Of a DNA stretch of 47,371 nt, positions 9,229 to 17,569 are shown piece by piece (position 1 is the stretch's first letter; each line of letters starts with the position of its first letter). The notes under the pieces were generated by a model. That model did no database searches. It saw only the letters and a list, made by a program, of their open reading frames with translations, and was not told the origin of the DNA. Where the stretch lies: positions 1-47,371 of the forward strand of contig CAMOEE010000001.1 of the NCBI GenBank assembly GCA_946611835.1, read 5' to 3'. The DNA comes from an uncultured Treponema sp. GTDB taxonomy: Bacteria > Spirochaetota > Spirochaetia > Treponematales > Treponemataceae. The translations under genes and the position numbers were made by a program.

Positions 9229-11172
9229 TTAGTTTTTGCCCCTCAGCCTGTATGTTCCATCGGCGATTTTGGCAAGAATTTCCTCGTATGGCATAGGTTT
9301 TCCAAAGAAATAGCCCTGAAGACGACCGCAGCCACATTCCCGCAAGAAATCCACCATTTCCTGAGTTTCCACGCCCTCGGTAAGGGTCTCCATTTCAAGC
9401 GATTTAGAGAGGTCAACTATTGACCTGATAATCTTTCGCGCCTTGTCGTTGCCGCTGAAATTCTTCAGGAATTCCATGTCGATTTTGAGAAGGTCAAAGT
9501 TAAAGTCTTTCAGCACATTCATCGAAGAATAGCCTGAGCCAAAGTCATCGAGCCAAAGGACATAGCCCAAATCATGAAGTCGGGCCATAGCCTGCTGCAA
9601 GCCCGTCACATCCTTTGAAAGGGCACTTTCCGTAATCTCCACATGCAGAAGCTTCTTGGGAATCCTGTATTTTGCGACAAGAGCCTCAAGCTCACCCACA
9701 GCGTCCATCAGCTCAAAATCAAGTCTGGAGAAATTCATTGATGTGGGAAGAACCGGAAGATTCTTATCCAGGCAGTCCCTCATGAGGCTGCAAACGCTCT
9801 CATAAACACACCTGTCAAGCTTATGAATCTGATGAATCTCCTCAAGGAGGGGAACAAACTGGGCAGGCAACAAAAATCCCATTTCGGGGTCAATCCAGCG
9901 GGCAAGAGCCTCAAAGCCGCAGAGAGTCCCGTCCTCCGCCCAGATTACCGGCTGATAATAGACCTTTATGTAGCCGTTCTGGACCGCCTTGTCGATATTG
10001 TTGAGCACATACTGACGGAGCTTGTACTGCCTGTGAATATTATCATCATAAATTTTTATGTGCTCCTTCTCCGGATTCTTTATGAGTGACATGGCATAGC
10101 TGGCCCGGTCTACCGCATGGCGTGGAGAGACAGAAGGATCCGTTACGGGATAGGCTCCGGCCTTTAAATCGAGGTAGACTTCCCCGCTCTTCTCCAGCTG
10201 GAACCATTCGTGCCCGCGGACTCCTGCCTTCATGTAATCTTCTTTTGCGGTGAGAATCACGAACCTGTCATTTGAATGGCGGGCAAAAGGCTCTCCTTCA
10301 AATTCTACTGAGATAACCCAGGCCATAAATTTTAGGAGGGCGTCCCCCGCCTCATAGCCGAAACGGTCATTGTAGGTTCTGAAGTTAGTGACATCGCAAA
10401 TGATATATACAGGCTGTTTTCCCTCGGCAAGGCTTTTTTTGCAATATGCATCCGCATCTTCCTCGAATTTTCGCATGTTGGAGATTCCGGTGAGTTCATC
10501 GGTGACGGCGGCCTTTTCCAGCATGTAGGACTTCCATGCTTCCTTTCTCCTCTGAGTATAAGCGCTGATTTCAAGAATCATGAGGGTAATTATAAAAGTG
10601 ATGTAATTGACGATTTCGGCCTCGTTCATGTGCCAGGGCTTTCCATCACGGCCAACCGAGTAGTGATTGACAATATAAACGAAGCCGGCGGCAGGAATCA
10701 GCGTAATCAAAAGGGAAATGTAAGGTCTCCAGATAACGATGATGCTTCCTATCATAATCATGGTGAGGAAACAGGTAATCATTCTTCCGCGGGAAATGTC
10801 AAAAAGTGAAGTGGTGATTCCAAAGTAAAGGCCAAGAAGAAAATAAAGAAAAATGAAGAACCTTATGAATCTTTTGAGCTGTTTCAGCCGGCCGTAAAGA
10901 TAAAGGGTCGAACAAACACAGAGAAATACGGCCGCAGAAAGCAGAATCCAATAGCCCCCTGTTGACTGGAAAAAAGAAGCAAAGCCTGTAAACCTGGAAC
11001 CATGCCGGACAATCTGGCGGATAAGCATCCATAGCTCAATTGCGATTACAATCGATGTAAGGTTCCTGGTGCTCTGGACATCGGCTTCCTTTAAATATTC
11101 CTCGACATATTCAGGATTTTTGTGAAAACCAAGCTCATCACCAATACGCTTCAAAAGATTCTTTATCGTCAT
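9229..11172 (-). CDS. Membrane-bound degenerate GGDEF + EAL protein (c-di-GMP phosphodiesterase)
   Basis: Several TM helices, DELTG, GGDEF replaced by SNDRF, FEALARW, DDFGSGYSS, EGVET, QGYFF. Confidence 0.9.
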   Translation of the reverse strand: MTIKNLLKRIGDELGFHKNPEYVEEYLKEADVQSTRNLTSIVIAIELWMLIRQIVRHGSRFTGFASFFQSTGGYWILLSAAVFLCVCSTLYLYGRLKQLKRFIRFFIFLYFLLGLYFGITTSLFDISRGRMITCFLTMIMIGSIIVIWRPYISLLITLIPAAGFVYIVNHYSVGRDGKPWHMNEAEIVNYITFIITLMILEISAYTQRRKEAWKSYMLEKAAVTDELTGISNMRKFEEDADAYCKKSLAEGKQPVYIICDVTNFRTYNDRFGYEAGDALLKFMAWVISVEFEGEPFARHSNDRFVILTAKEDYMKAGVRGHEWFQLEKSGEVYLDLKAGAYPVTDPSVSPRHAVDRASYAMSLIKNPEKEHIKIYDDNIHRQYKLRQYVLNNIDKAVQNGYIKVYYQPVIWAEDGTLCGFEALARWIDPEMGFLLPAQFVPLLEEIHQIHKLDRCVYESVCSLMRDCLDKNLPVLPTSMNFSRLDFELMDAVGELEALVAKYRIPKKLLHVEITESALSKDVTGLQQAMARLHDLGYVLWLDDFGSGYSSMNVLKDFNFDLLKIDMEFLKNFSGNDKARKIIRSIVDLSKSLEMETLTEGVETQEMVDFLRECGCGRLQGYFFGKPMPYEEILAKIADGTYRLRGKN

Positions 11173-11218
11173 TCGATGCTTATCCCTCAGAAGAATATTA
11201 TAACACGGAAACTTAAAA

Positions 11219-11698
11219 TTAGCTCAAAAAATCTTTTAGTTCTGAGAGCGCTTTTTTCATTATGATTTTTGAATTGCTATAGCTTATTTTGAGGATTTCG
11301 GCCGCCTCTTTGAGGGTTTTATTGTCGTAATAGACCAAAACGACCAAAGCCCTCGCCCGCTCTTCGAGACGCATAAGGGCGTGCCCAAGTTCGGTGAGGG
11401 TTTCTTCGGTGAGTATATTGTCGAGCGTTTCATCTTTGTAGGCGATATCTTCATCCAGCTCGGAATGTTGCTTTCGCACCCGCCAGAAATCAATCAGCGT
11501 GTTGTGCGCAATCCGGTAAATCAAGGTGGACGGGGAGGCTTTTGACGGATCAAAAGATTCGGACTTGTCGTAAAACTTGAGGAAAACATTTGCCGTTAAA
11601 TCTTCGGCGTCTTCCTCGCTTATCCGTTTCCCTATAAAGTAATAGAAGACCTTTCGGTTGTACTCCTTATAAATTACGTCCTTCTCGCTTTGTGTCAC
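11219..11698 (-). CDS. ECF RNA polymerase sigma factor
   Basis: 159 aa; region 2 DAEDLTANVFLK...IAHNTLIDFWR; region 4 TLKEAAEILKIS; GTG start with AAGGA. Confidence 0.9.
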   Translation of the reverse strand: MTQSEKDVIYKEYNRKVFYYFIGKRISEEDAEDLTANVFLKFYDKSESFDPSKASPSTLIYRIAHNTLIDFWRVRKQHSELDEDIAYKDETLDNILTEETLTELGHALMRLEERARALVVLVYYDNKTLKEAAEILKISYSNSKIIMKKALSELKDFLS

Positions 11699-11720
11699 AA
11701 ATTGTCCTTATTATTCAGGC

Positions 11721-11927
11721 TTACGGCAACTTTTTTTTATTGCTGATAGCTTCGATTAAGCCTGCCGCATTCACCATTTCTAACTCTTCATCATTAAGCT
11801 CGAAAGTGCTCGGATTTGACTGAAGAGAGTCGATATAGCTTCGTGCGCTCTGAATAGCGAAATTCATTACTGAATTTCCCTCAAATTTCTGATAATCAAA
11901 CAGTCTTTTAAGTTTTTTGTCGTTCAT
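11721..11927 (-). CDS. Small protein with double-glycine-leader-like motif (ELNDEELEMVNAAG); candidate anti-sigma factor or peptide substrate
   Basis: GAGGTG RBS before ATG 11927; 68 aa; directly upstream of and co-directional with the ECF gene. Confidence 0.75.
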   Translation of the reverse strand: MNDKKLKRLFDYQKFEGNSVMNFAIQSARSYIDSLQSNPSTFELNDEELEMVNAAGLIEAISNKKKLP

Positions 11928-11960
11928 AATATCACCTCTCAAGTCAGTTTTCATTTCGGT

Positions 11961-11992
11961 TATTTATACGAACGAAAACCAAAAAAGGCTAA
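11961..11992 (-). promoter_or_regulatory. Putative ECF promoter, copy 1
   Basis: TTAGCC-N16-CGTATAAATA on the minus strand; same motif and spacing at 20576-20607. Confidence 0.75.
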
Positions 11993-12085
11993 TCTTTTTG
12001 AAAGTTTTTTTGAAAAATTCTTCGCCTCCAAAATCACAAACAAACAAGATAGGTCATTATAAAGTTTTTCTCAAATTTTATAAAG

Positions 12086-12145
12086 TATCCCGCTGATTTT
12101 TATCCCGCTGATTTTTATCCCGCTGATTTTTATCCCGCTGATTTT
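12086..12145. repeat. 15-bp perfect tandem repeat, 4 copies
   Basis: TATCCCGCTGATTTT x4 in the divergent promoter region upstream of the TolC gene. Confidence 0.95.
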
Positions 12146-12192
12146 TTTCACGGTAATGGTTATTTATTCTAACTTTTGTTATATTATATAGT

Positions 12193-13785
12193 ATGAAATT
12201 AGGTGCCATTCTGGTTCTTTTTTTAGCAGGCGCCCTTTGTTTTGCACAGGAAGAAAAGCCGCTTTTTAATTACGAAATCGAACCAGAACACAAAACATTT
12301 TCTCTTGAAAAGGCCATCACTCTTGCAGTCGAAAACAATTACGACATTCAAAAACAGCGGTACGCCTTGCAGGAAGCACACTCTCAGTTCCTGCAGGCAA
12401 AAGGAGCTACTGACATAGAAGCTGGCGCACAGGCACAGTATCAGCGCAAACAAAATCCTGTCGATGAATTTGACCCCAACTATCAGTACGGATATTCATG
12501 GCTCACTCCCGGTAACGATTACGGCGTTTATTCAAGCAACACGCTCACGGAGCAGACGGCCGGCTCCGTCTTCTTGAGAAAACTATTCAGCTTCGGCCTT
12601 GAGACAAAGCTCTCATACACAGTCCAGAGGCAAAAGAATACGCCCTACTATTCTTACGGGAAGAATTTCGACACAAAAAAATACGAGCAGGAAGAGGCCC
12701 GCACCAATGGAGAAATCAAGCTGGAGCTTTCACTTCCTCTGTTCAAGTCTTTCTGGAATTCCCTCACCTCTCTTCAGATCGATGCCGCAAAAAATTACAT
12801 GGACCAAATGGAATTCATGCTGTCCGACACAATCTCAAAACAAATCATAAATGTCACCAAGCTTTACTGGAATTTCTTCCTCACTTACAAGAATGTGGAG
12901 CAGCTTGAAATCCTGCAGAAAAAAATCGAAGAGCGAAACAAAAGCATGGACGACCTGATTCGGGCAGGCGTACGCTCAAAAAATGACTTGCTGGCAATGC
13001 AGGTCAATGTGAACGAAAACCGAAAGCAAGTCCAGGACGCAAAGATTCAGCATAATCAGGCAAAAATGGAGCTTGTCACGGCCCTGGGAATCAGCGACAC
13101 AAGCTTAATCGGAGACCCGGATGACTCATTTGACAGGGTAGAACTGAAATTAATTGTTCCGCCAAAAGTAGAGGAGCTTACAGCCGAAATCATCAGTAAC
13201 ATTGTCGAAAACAGGAGCGACCTGAAAGCCCTTAAAAAACAGGTTGATATCGCAAGCCTGCAGGTCCGTCTGGCAAAGGCTGATTCACTGCCCGACGCAA
13301 ATTTGAATTTCGGAATCGGAACAACAGGAACGACATATTCAGACAGCGCAGACAAATTCTTTACATCCGGGCTATGGAATAACCACGGGCTTAATATCAG
13401 CGGTGCATTGAGTGTCAGCGCAAAACTCGGGAACAACATCAAGAAAGGAGCCATCGAAAAGGCAGAGTCGGCCTACAACAATGCCCTGGCCGACTACAAC
13501 AAAACAAAGAATACGCTAAGTCTCCAGATACATAATGCCGCCGAAAAACTTGAGATTTACAAGGCTCTCGTTCTGGATGCCGATGAAGGTCTCAAGCTCA
13601 ACCTGAGCCTTTACGAAAACGAGCAGAGAAGGTTCTCGGCCGGCCTGATTACCGTAGACAATCTTCTCTCCCAGGACCAGAAATACATTTACGCAAAGAC
13701 TTCTTACTACCAGCTTCTGGGAAACTACATGCAGGCAATTCTGGAATTCAAGTATTACACCGCAAACATGATCGGACTCAAATAA
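12193..13785 (+). CDS. TolC-family outer membrane efflux protein
   Basis: Signal peptide, SLEKAITLAVENN, LELSLPLF, RAGVRSKNDLL, RSDLKA, RFSAGLIT; two outer-membrane-efflux repeats. Confidence 0.9.
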   Translation: MKLGAILVLFLAGALCFAQEEKPLFNYEIEPEHKTFSLEKAITLAVENNYDIQKQRYALQEAHSQFLQAKGATDIEAGAQAQYQRKQNPVDEFDPNYQYGYSWLTPGNDYGVYSSNTLTEQTAGSVFLRKLFSFGLETKLSYTVQRQKNTPYYSYGKNFDTKKYEQEEARTNGEIKLELSLPLFKSFWNSLTSLQIDAAKNYMDQMEFMLSDTISKQIINVTKLYWNFFLTYKNVEQLEILQKKIEERNKSMDDLIRAGVRSKNDLLAMQVNVNENRKQVQDAKIQHNQAKMELVTALGISDTSLIGDPDDSFDRVELKLIVPPKVEELTAEIISNIVENRSDLKALKKQVDIASLQVRLAKADSLPDANLNFGIGTTGTTYSDSADKFFTSGLWNNHGLNISGALSVSAKLGNNIKKGAIEKAESAYNNALADYNKTKNTLSLQIHNAAEKLEIYKALVLDADEGLKLNLSLYENEQRRFSAGLITVDNLLSQDQKYIYAKTSYYQLLGNYMQAILEFKYYTANMIGLK

Positions 13786-13814
13786 ATCAGGCTGTTCTGT
13801 CAAGCTATTGACAG

Positions 13815-14984
13815 CTATTCCTGATCGAGTTTTACGAATTTTCTGTCCTTGAAGACTTTTGGCGTGAGTTTCCTGTACTGAACTGCCCCCGTGTTAGAGA
13901 AAGTATAGCTTCCGGCCGCCTCAGTCCAGAATCCCTGATGAAGGCTGTGGGCTATCTCGCTGGGGTCTGCAGAACCCGCTTTTTTGATTGCACCGGCAAG
14001 AACCATGAGCGCATCATAGGCCTGCAAAGCTTCCTGGTCAGGCTCCACCCCGAATTTTTCCTCGAAAGAAGAATAGAATTCCTCAAACTTAGGATTGTCA
14101 CAGTCGATATCAAAATTGGAGACTGCAAAAATCTTTCCGTTTTCGCTTTCCGGGAGATTATCGGCCAGAATAGGATCATCGAAGGGGTCAGAGCCGACAA
14201 TCGGACAATTGATTCCGTTTTCCCTGACAGTCGAAATAACCTGCTGAATCAGAGGCATCCTGCCGGCAAGGAAAATTGAGTCGAACATGAAATTCGTCTT
14301 CCATCGCGCAGCCATCCGGTCAAATTCCTGCTGAGATGTTGTCATGTCAAAGCTGTCACGGCTTATTATGTTGATTCCCCGCTTGCTGCAGTTTATCTCG
14401 AAGGCGTTTGACAGGCTGATTCCCGAAGTGTTCTCAAGATAATAGATGATTATGTTCTTCAAGCCCTTCTGCTCGCAAATCCGTGAAATCTCATCGGCAA
14501 AATCACTGTCGCTCGGCATGTTGCTGAAAATGAGCGGATTGTTACGCTCCGTGAGGCTATGAATCGTGGAGATAAAATTGAACATGAGGATTCCGTAATA
14601 CTGGTAAATCAGTGAGCATCGGAGGGAAATATCAGAATATCCGTGACCGACTACCGCACAAATCTCATCATCTGAGGTGATCTGATATGCCATGGTCATT
14701 CCCTTGATTGTAGTTCCGCCGTCATCAAATTTGATAAGCTCCATTTTGGCAGGCATCAGGGCCTCGGAGTTGATTTTTTCCTGGGCAAGGATGGCACCTT
14801 CCCACATCTTACTCTGGTTCTGCACGAAACTGTTCGCCACGGCAATCTTGACCGTACCCTTATTGTAAAGCCTGTTTACTGCAGAACGACGCTCCTTTAC
14901 CGGGTCATCGTCATCACAAGAAGAAAACAAGGCACCCATAAAAAGAAATCCGATAAATATAAATAAAAGTTTCAGTTGTCTCAT
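13815..14984 (-). CDS. LivJ/LivK-like periplasmic solute-binding lipoprotein
   Basis: Lipobox FSSC, GAILAQEKIN, AVVGH, QAYDALMVLA.AIKKAGS; 15 bp after the ABC gene. Confidence 0.85.
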   Translation of the reverse strand: MRQLKLLFIFIGFLFMGALFSSCDDDDPVKERRSAVNRLYNKGTVKIAVANSFVQNQSKMWEGAILAQEKINSEALMPAKMELIKFDDGGTTIKGMTMAYQITSDDEICAVVGHGYSDISLRCSLIYQYYGILMFNFISTIHSLTERNNPLIFSNMPSDSDFADEISRICEQKGLKNIIIYYLENTSGISLSNAFEINCSKRGINIISRDSFDMTTSQQEFDRMAARWKTNFMFDSIFLAGRMPLIQQVISTVRENGINCPIVGSDPFDDPILADNLPESENGKIFAVSNFDIDCDNPKFEEFYSSFEEKFGVEPDQEALQAYDALMVLAGAIKKAGSADPSEIAHSLHQGFWTEAAGSYTFSNTGAVQYRKLTPKVFKDRKFVKLDQE

Positions 14985-14999
14985 AATAATAACCTCCTG

Positions 15000-17567
15000 C
15001 TAAATATTCTGCCTTCTCGCAAGCTGAGCGAAATATCCGTCCTGCTTCATCAGCTCCTCGTAGTTACCCTGCTCCACTACCTCACCGTCTTTCATTACAT
15101 AGATTTTGTCGGCGTTGATGATTGTCGAGAGCCTGTGAGCGATTATGATTCGGGTGACTTTAAGCTCGTCAAGGCTCTTTCGGACGGCAATCTGGGTAAG
15201 ATTGTCAAGGGCACTCGTAGCCTCATCAAAAATCAGGACGCTTGGGCGACGGATAATCGCACGGGCAATAATCAGCCTCTGCAGCTGGCCGCCCGAAAGA
15301 GTTGCTCCTCCTGCCGGAATCATCGTAAACATTCCCATAGGCATTTCCGCGATATCCTTGTCAAAAGAAACCTTTCTGGCGGCTTCCCATGCGTCAGCTT
15401 CTTTGAGGCCTGAGCTTCCTACTATATTCTGCAGGATTGTCCCCTGCAAAACCGTGTCATTCTGAAGGACAACGCCCAGCTGCCGCCTGAGCGAACCGAT
15501 ATCAACCGCCGAGATATCCTGGCTGTCAAAGAAAACGGCACCAGACTCAGCTTTCTCAAAACCAAGGAGCATACGCATGAGGGTTGATTTTCCTGCACCG
15601 CTCGTTCCGACAATGGCAACGAACTCTCCCTCTCTGATGCTCATGTTCACATCTTTAAGAACAAGAGGAGCATCGGGGGCATAGCGGAAATTAAGGTGGC
15701 TGATTTCGATGTTACCCCGGAGCTTGTCAATCGGTGGTTTAGAAGACTCTATCTCAGGAAGAGCATCAAGAATAGGGCGTATTCGTTTTGAAAGGGGAAT
15801 GACATTGCGGATTTGGAGCAAGGCCCCCGCCACACCAAGAAAAGCTCCCTGGAAGGAAGAATAGGCGCTCAAGAATGCCATGAAAGTACCCGTGGTGAGT
15901 CCGTTGATAGCCTGAATCTTCAGTCCACGACCATACAGATAATAGATGATAATGCTCACGACCGTTGGATAGACCGTATTAATCAGTGAGTTTACGATTC
16001 CAACCAGACCAAGAGAATAGGCAATTTTCATCTGACGGATATACTCACCCGACCACTGGGCAAAAAATCTTTTTTCGGAATGAGAATTCGTGATTTTTTC
16101 AATGCCGTTGAGAAACTGCAGGAGCATACCCTGAATCTTACCCTGACAGTCAATCAGCATCTTTTCCCACTTGTATGTGATGAAACAGAAAAGGGCAGAA
16201 ATGATAATGGGGAAGATACAGAAGAGGATTCCCCATTTGGCGAAATAGCCCGAGAACCTGAAGCACTGGAACAAATAGACGAAACTGAAAATGAAATTCA
16301 TGAAGACCGAAAGGACAATGTTGAAAATCTGCTTCCGGATTTCGGCGATGGTCATGGTGCGGGCGGCCAGGTCACCGGAAGAGAAGCCCTTGAAAAAATC
16401 AACCGGGAGCTTTAAAAGCCTGTCCATGACTGCCGCCTCAAGATCGCTGTCGGCCTTGGTCTCCATTCGCATGTTGGCGAAATATTTTGCCAGGTTTCCA
16501 ATCATCGCGGAAATATTACAGATGAAAACAAGGAAACAAATCTGAACCGCCTGACTTTTTGCCGCCTCAGGGATTACATTGTCGATGAAGTTTCGTGTAA
16601 TCAGAGGGGTGATGAGGCCGATTAATGTGCAGAGAAGACCGATGATGACAAAGCGGGCGATATCACGCTTGATGTCGGCGAGGACAAAACGACAGATTGA
16701 CTTGATCGAGATTTTTTCGGCCTGCATGGTCTTGTAGGCCATAATTGCCATGGGGTAAACCTGCCTTGCGTTCTTCTTCGTGACAGGAATCTCAAGCTGG
16801 TCACTGGGATCGATAATCTTATAGCCTGAGGAATTTTTGTTTTTGATGAGGGCAACAGGAATCAGGTTTTCGGAAGCATCATTTTCGATTGAGATGTTGA
16901 TGTCACCCTCTTTTTTGTAGAAACCGATTAAATGACCGTTGTCTTCCTTGTACCAGTTTTCACGGAGGACAACTTCACGCACTCGAATCGTGTTATCCTT
17001 AGCAAGCTTTTGTACGCCTGATTTGTTGGACTCGTATTTTTTGTCGGGGAGCTGCCTGATTGAAAAGCCGCCCATATGTTTTGCGACAATCTTAAAGACC
17101 TGAACGACAGGAAAATCATCGGGCCTGTAAAGCCTTGTGTCCGTCACATTTTTGTTAATGACAGAAGCAATATTTGCAAGCGCATCCGAAAAAGCGTAGT
17201 CCGAGGCTCTCTGCTGCTTCATCGAGCGCAGATTTCCCATGGCGCGCATTGAGTCCGCATTGATGAGGATTTCCTTCTGCCATTTGGAAGCATTTTCTGC
17301 AAAATTCGGGTCTTTCGGCTTGGAAAATTCTACCTCAGTTTCGTTAGTTCCCGTGAGGATGATGTCATATTTTTTGTTGCCTGAGATATTGAGGAAGCTC
17401 TCACCCTCAACGAAATTCGCAACCTCATGCCTGGCTCCAGTCCGGCCATCCGGGAGTTTTTTTACAAGAAAGAGATAACAGTGCCCGCAGAGTACCTTGA
17501 TTTCGTAAGGCGAGCCGTCAAGGGTGAGGTAATTCGTATTGTTGATTTTGTAAATTTTCTTTTCCAT
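15000..17567 (-). CDS. NHLM-type export ABC transporter permease/ATPase (no catalytic peptidase)
   Basis: Degenerate N-terminal domains, WYKEDNGHLIGF, RLLKLPVDFF, Walker A GTSGAGKST, LSGGQ, DEATSALD. Confidence 0.9.
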   Translation of the reverse strand: MEKKIYKINNTNYLTLDGSPYEIKVLCGHCYLFLVKKLPDGRTGARHEVANFVEGESFLNISGNKKYDIILTGTNETEVEFSKPKDPNFAENASKWQKEILINADSMRAMGNLRSMKQQRASDYAFSDALANIASVINKNVTDTRLYRPDDFPVVQVFKIVAKHMGGFSIRQLPDKKYESNKSGVQKLAKDNTIRVREVVLRENWYKEDNGHLIGFYKKEGDINISIENDASENLIPVALIKNKNSSGYKIIDPSDQLEIPVTKKNARQVYPMAIMAYKTMQAEKISIKSICRFVLADIKRDIARFVIIGLLCTLIGLITPLITRNFIDNVIPEAAKSQAVQICFLVFICNISAMIGNLAKYFANMRMETKADSDLEAAVMDRLLKLPVDFFKGFSSGDLAARTMTIAEIRKQIFNIVLSVFMNFIFSFVYLFQCFRFSGYFAKWGILFCIFPIIISALFCFITYKWEKMLIDCQGKIQGMLLQFLNGIEKITNSHSEKRFFAQWSGEYIRQMKIAYSLGLVGIVNSLINTVYPTVVSIIIYYLYGRGLKIQAINGLTTGTFMAFLSAYSSFQGAFLGVAGALLQIRNVIPLSKRIRPILDALPEIESSKPPIDKLRGNIEISHLNFRYAPDAPLVLKDVNMSIREGEFVAIVGTSGAGKSTLMRMLLGFEKAESGAVFFDSQDISAVDIGSLRRQLGVVLQNDTVLQGTILQNIVGSSGLKEADAWEAARKVSFDKDIAEMPMGMFTMIPAGGATLSGGQLQRLIIARAIIRRPSVLIFDEATSALDNLTQIAVRKSLDELKVTRIIIAHRLSTIINADKIYVMKDGEVVEQGNYEELMKQDGYFAQLARRQNI

Positions 17568-17569
17568 AG

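Noticed and set aside
12086-12145. 15-bp repeat read as CRISPR
   Set aside because: Head-to-tail copies with no spacers.
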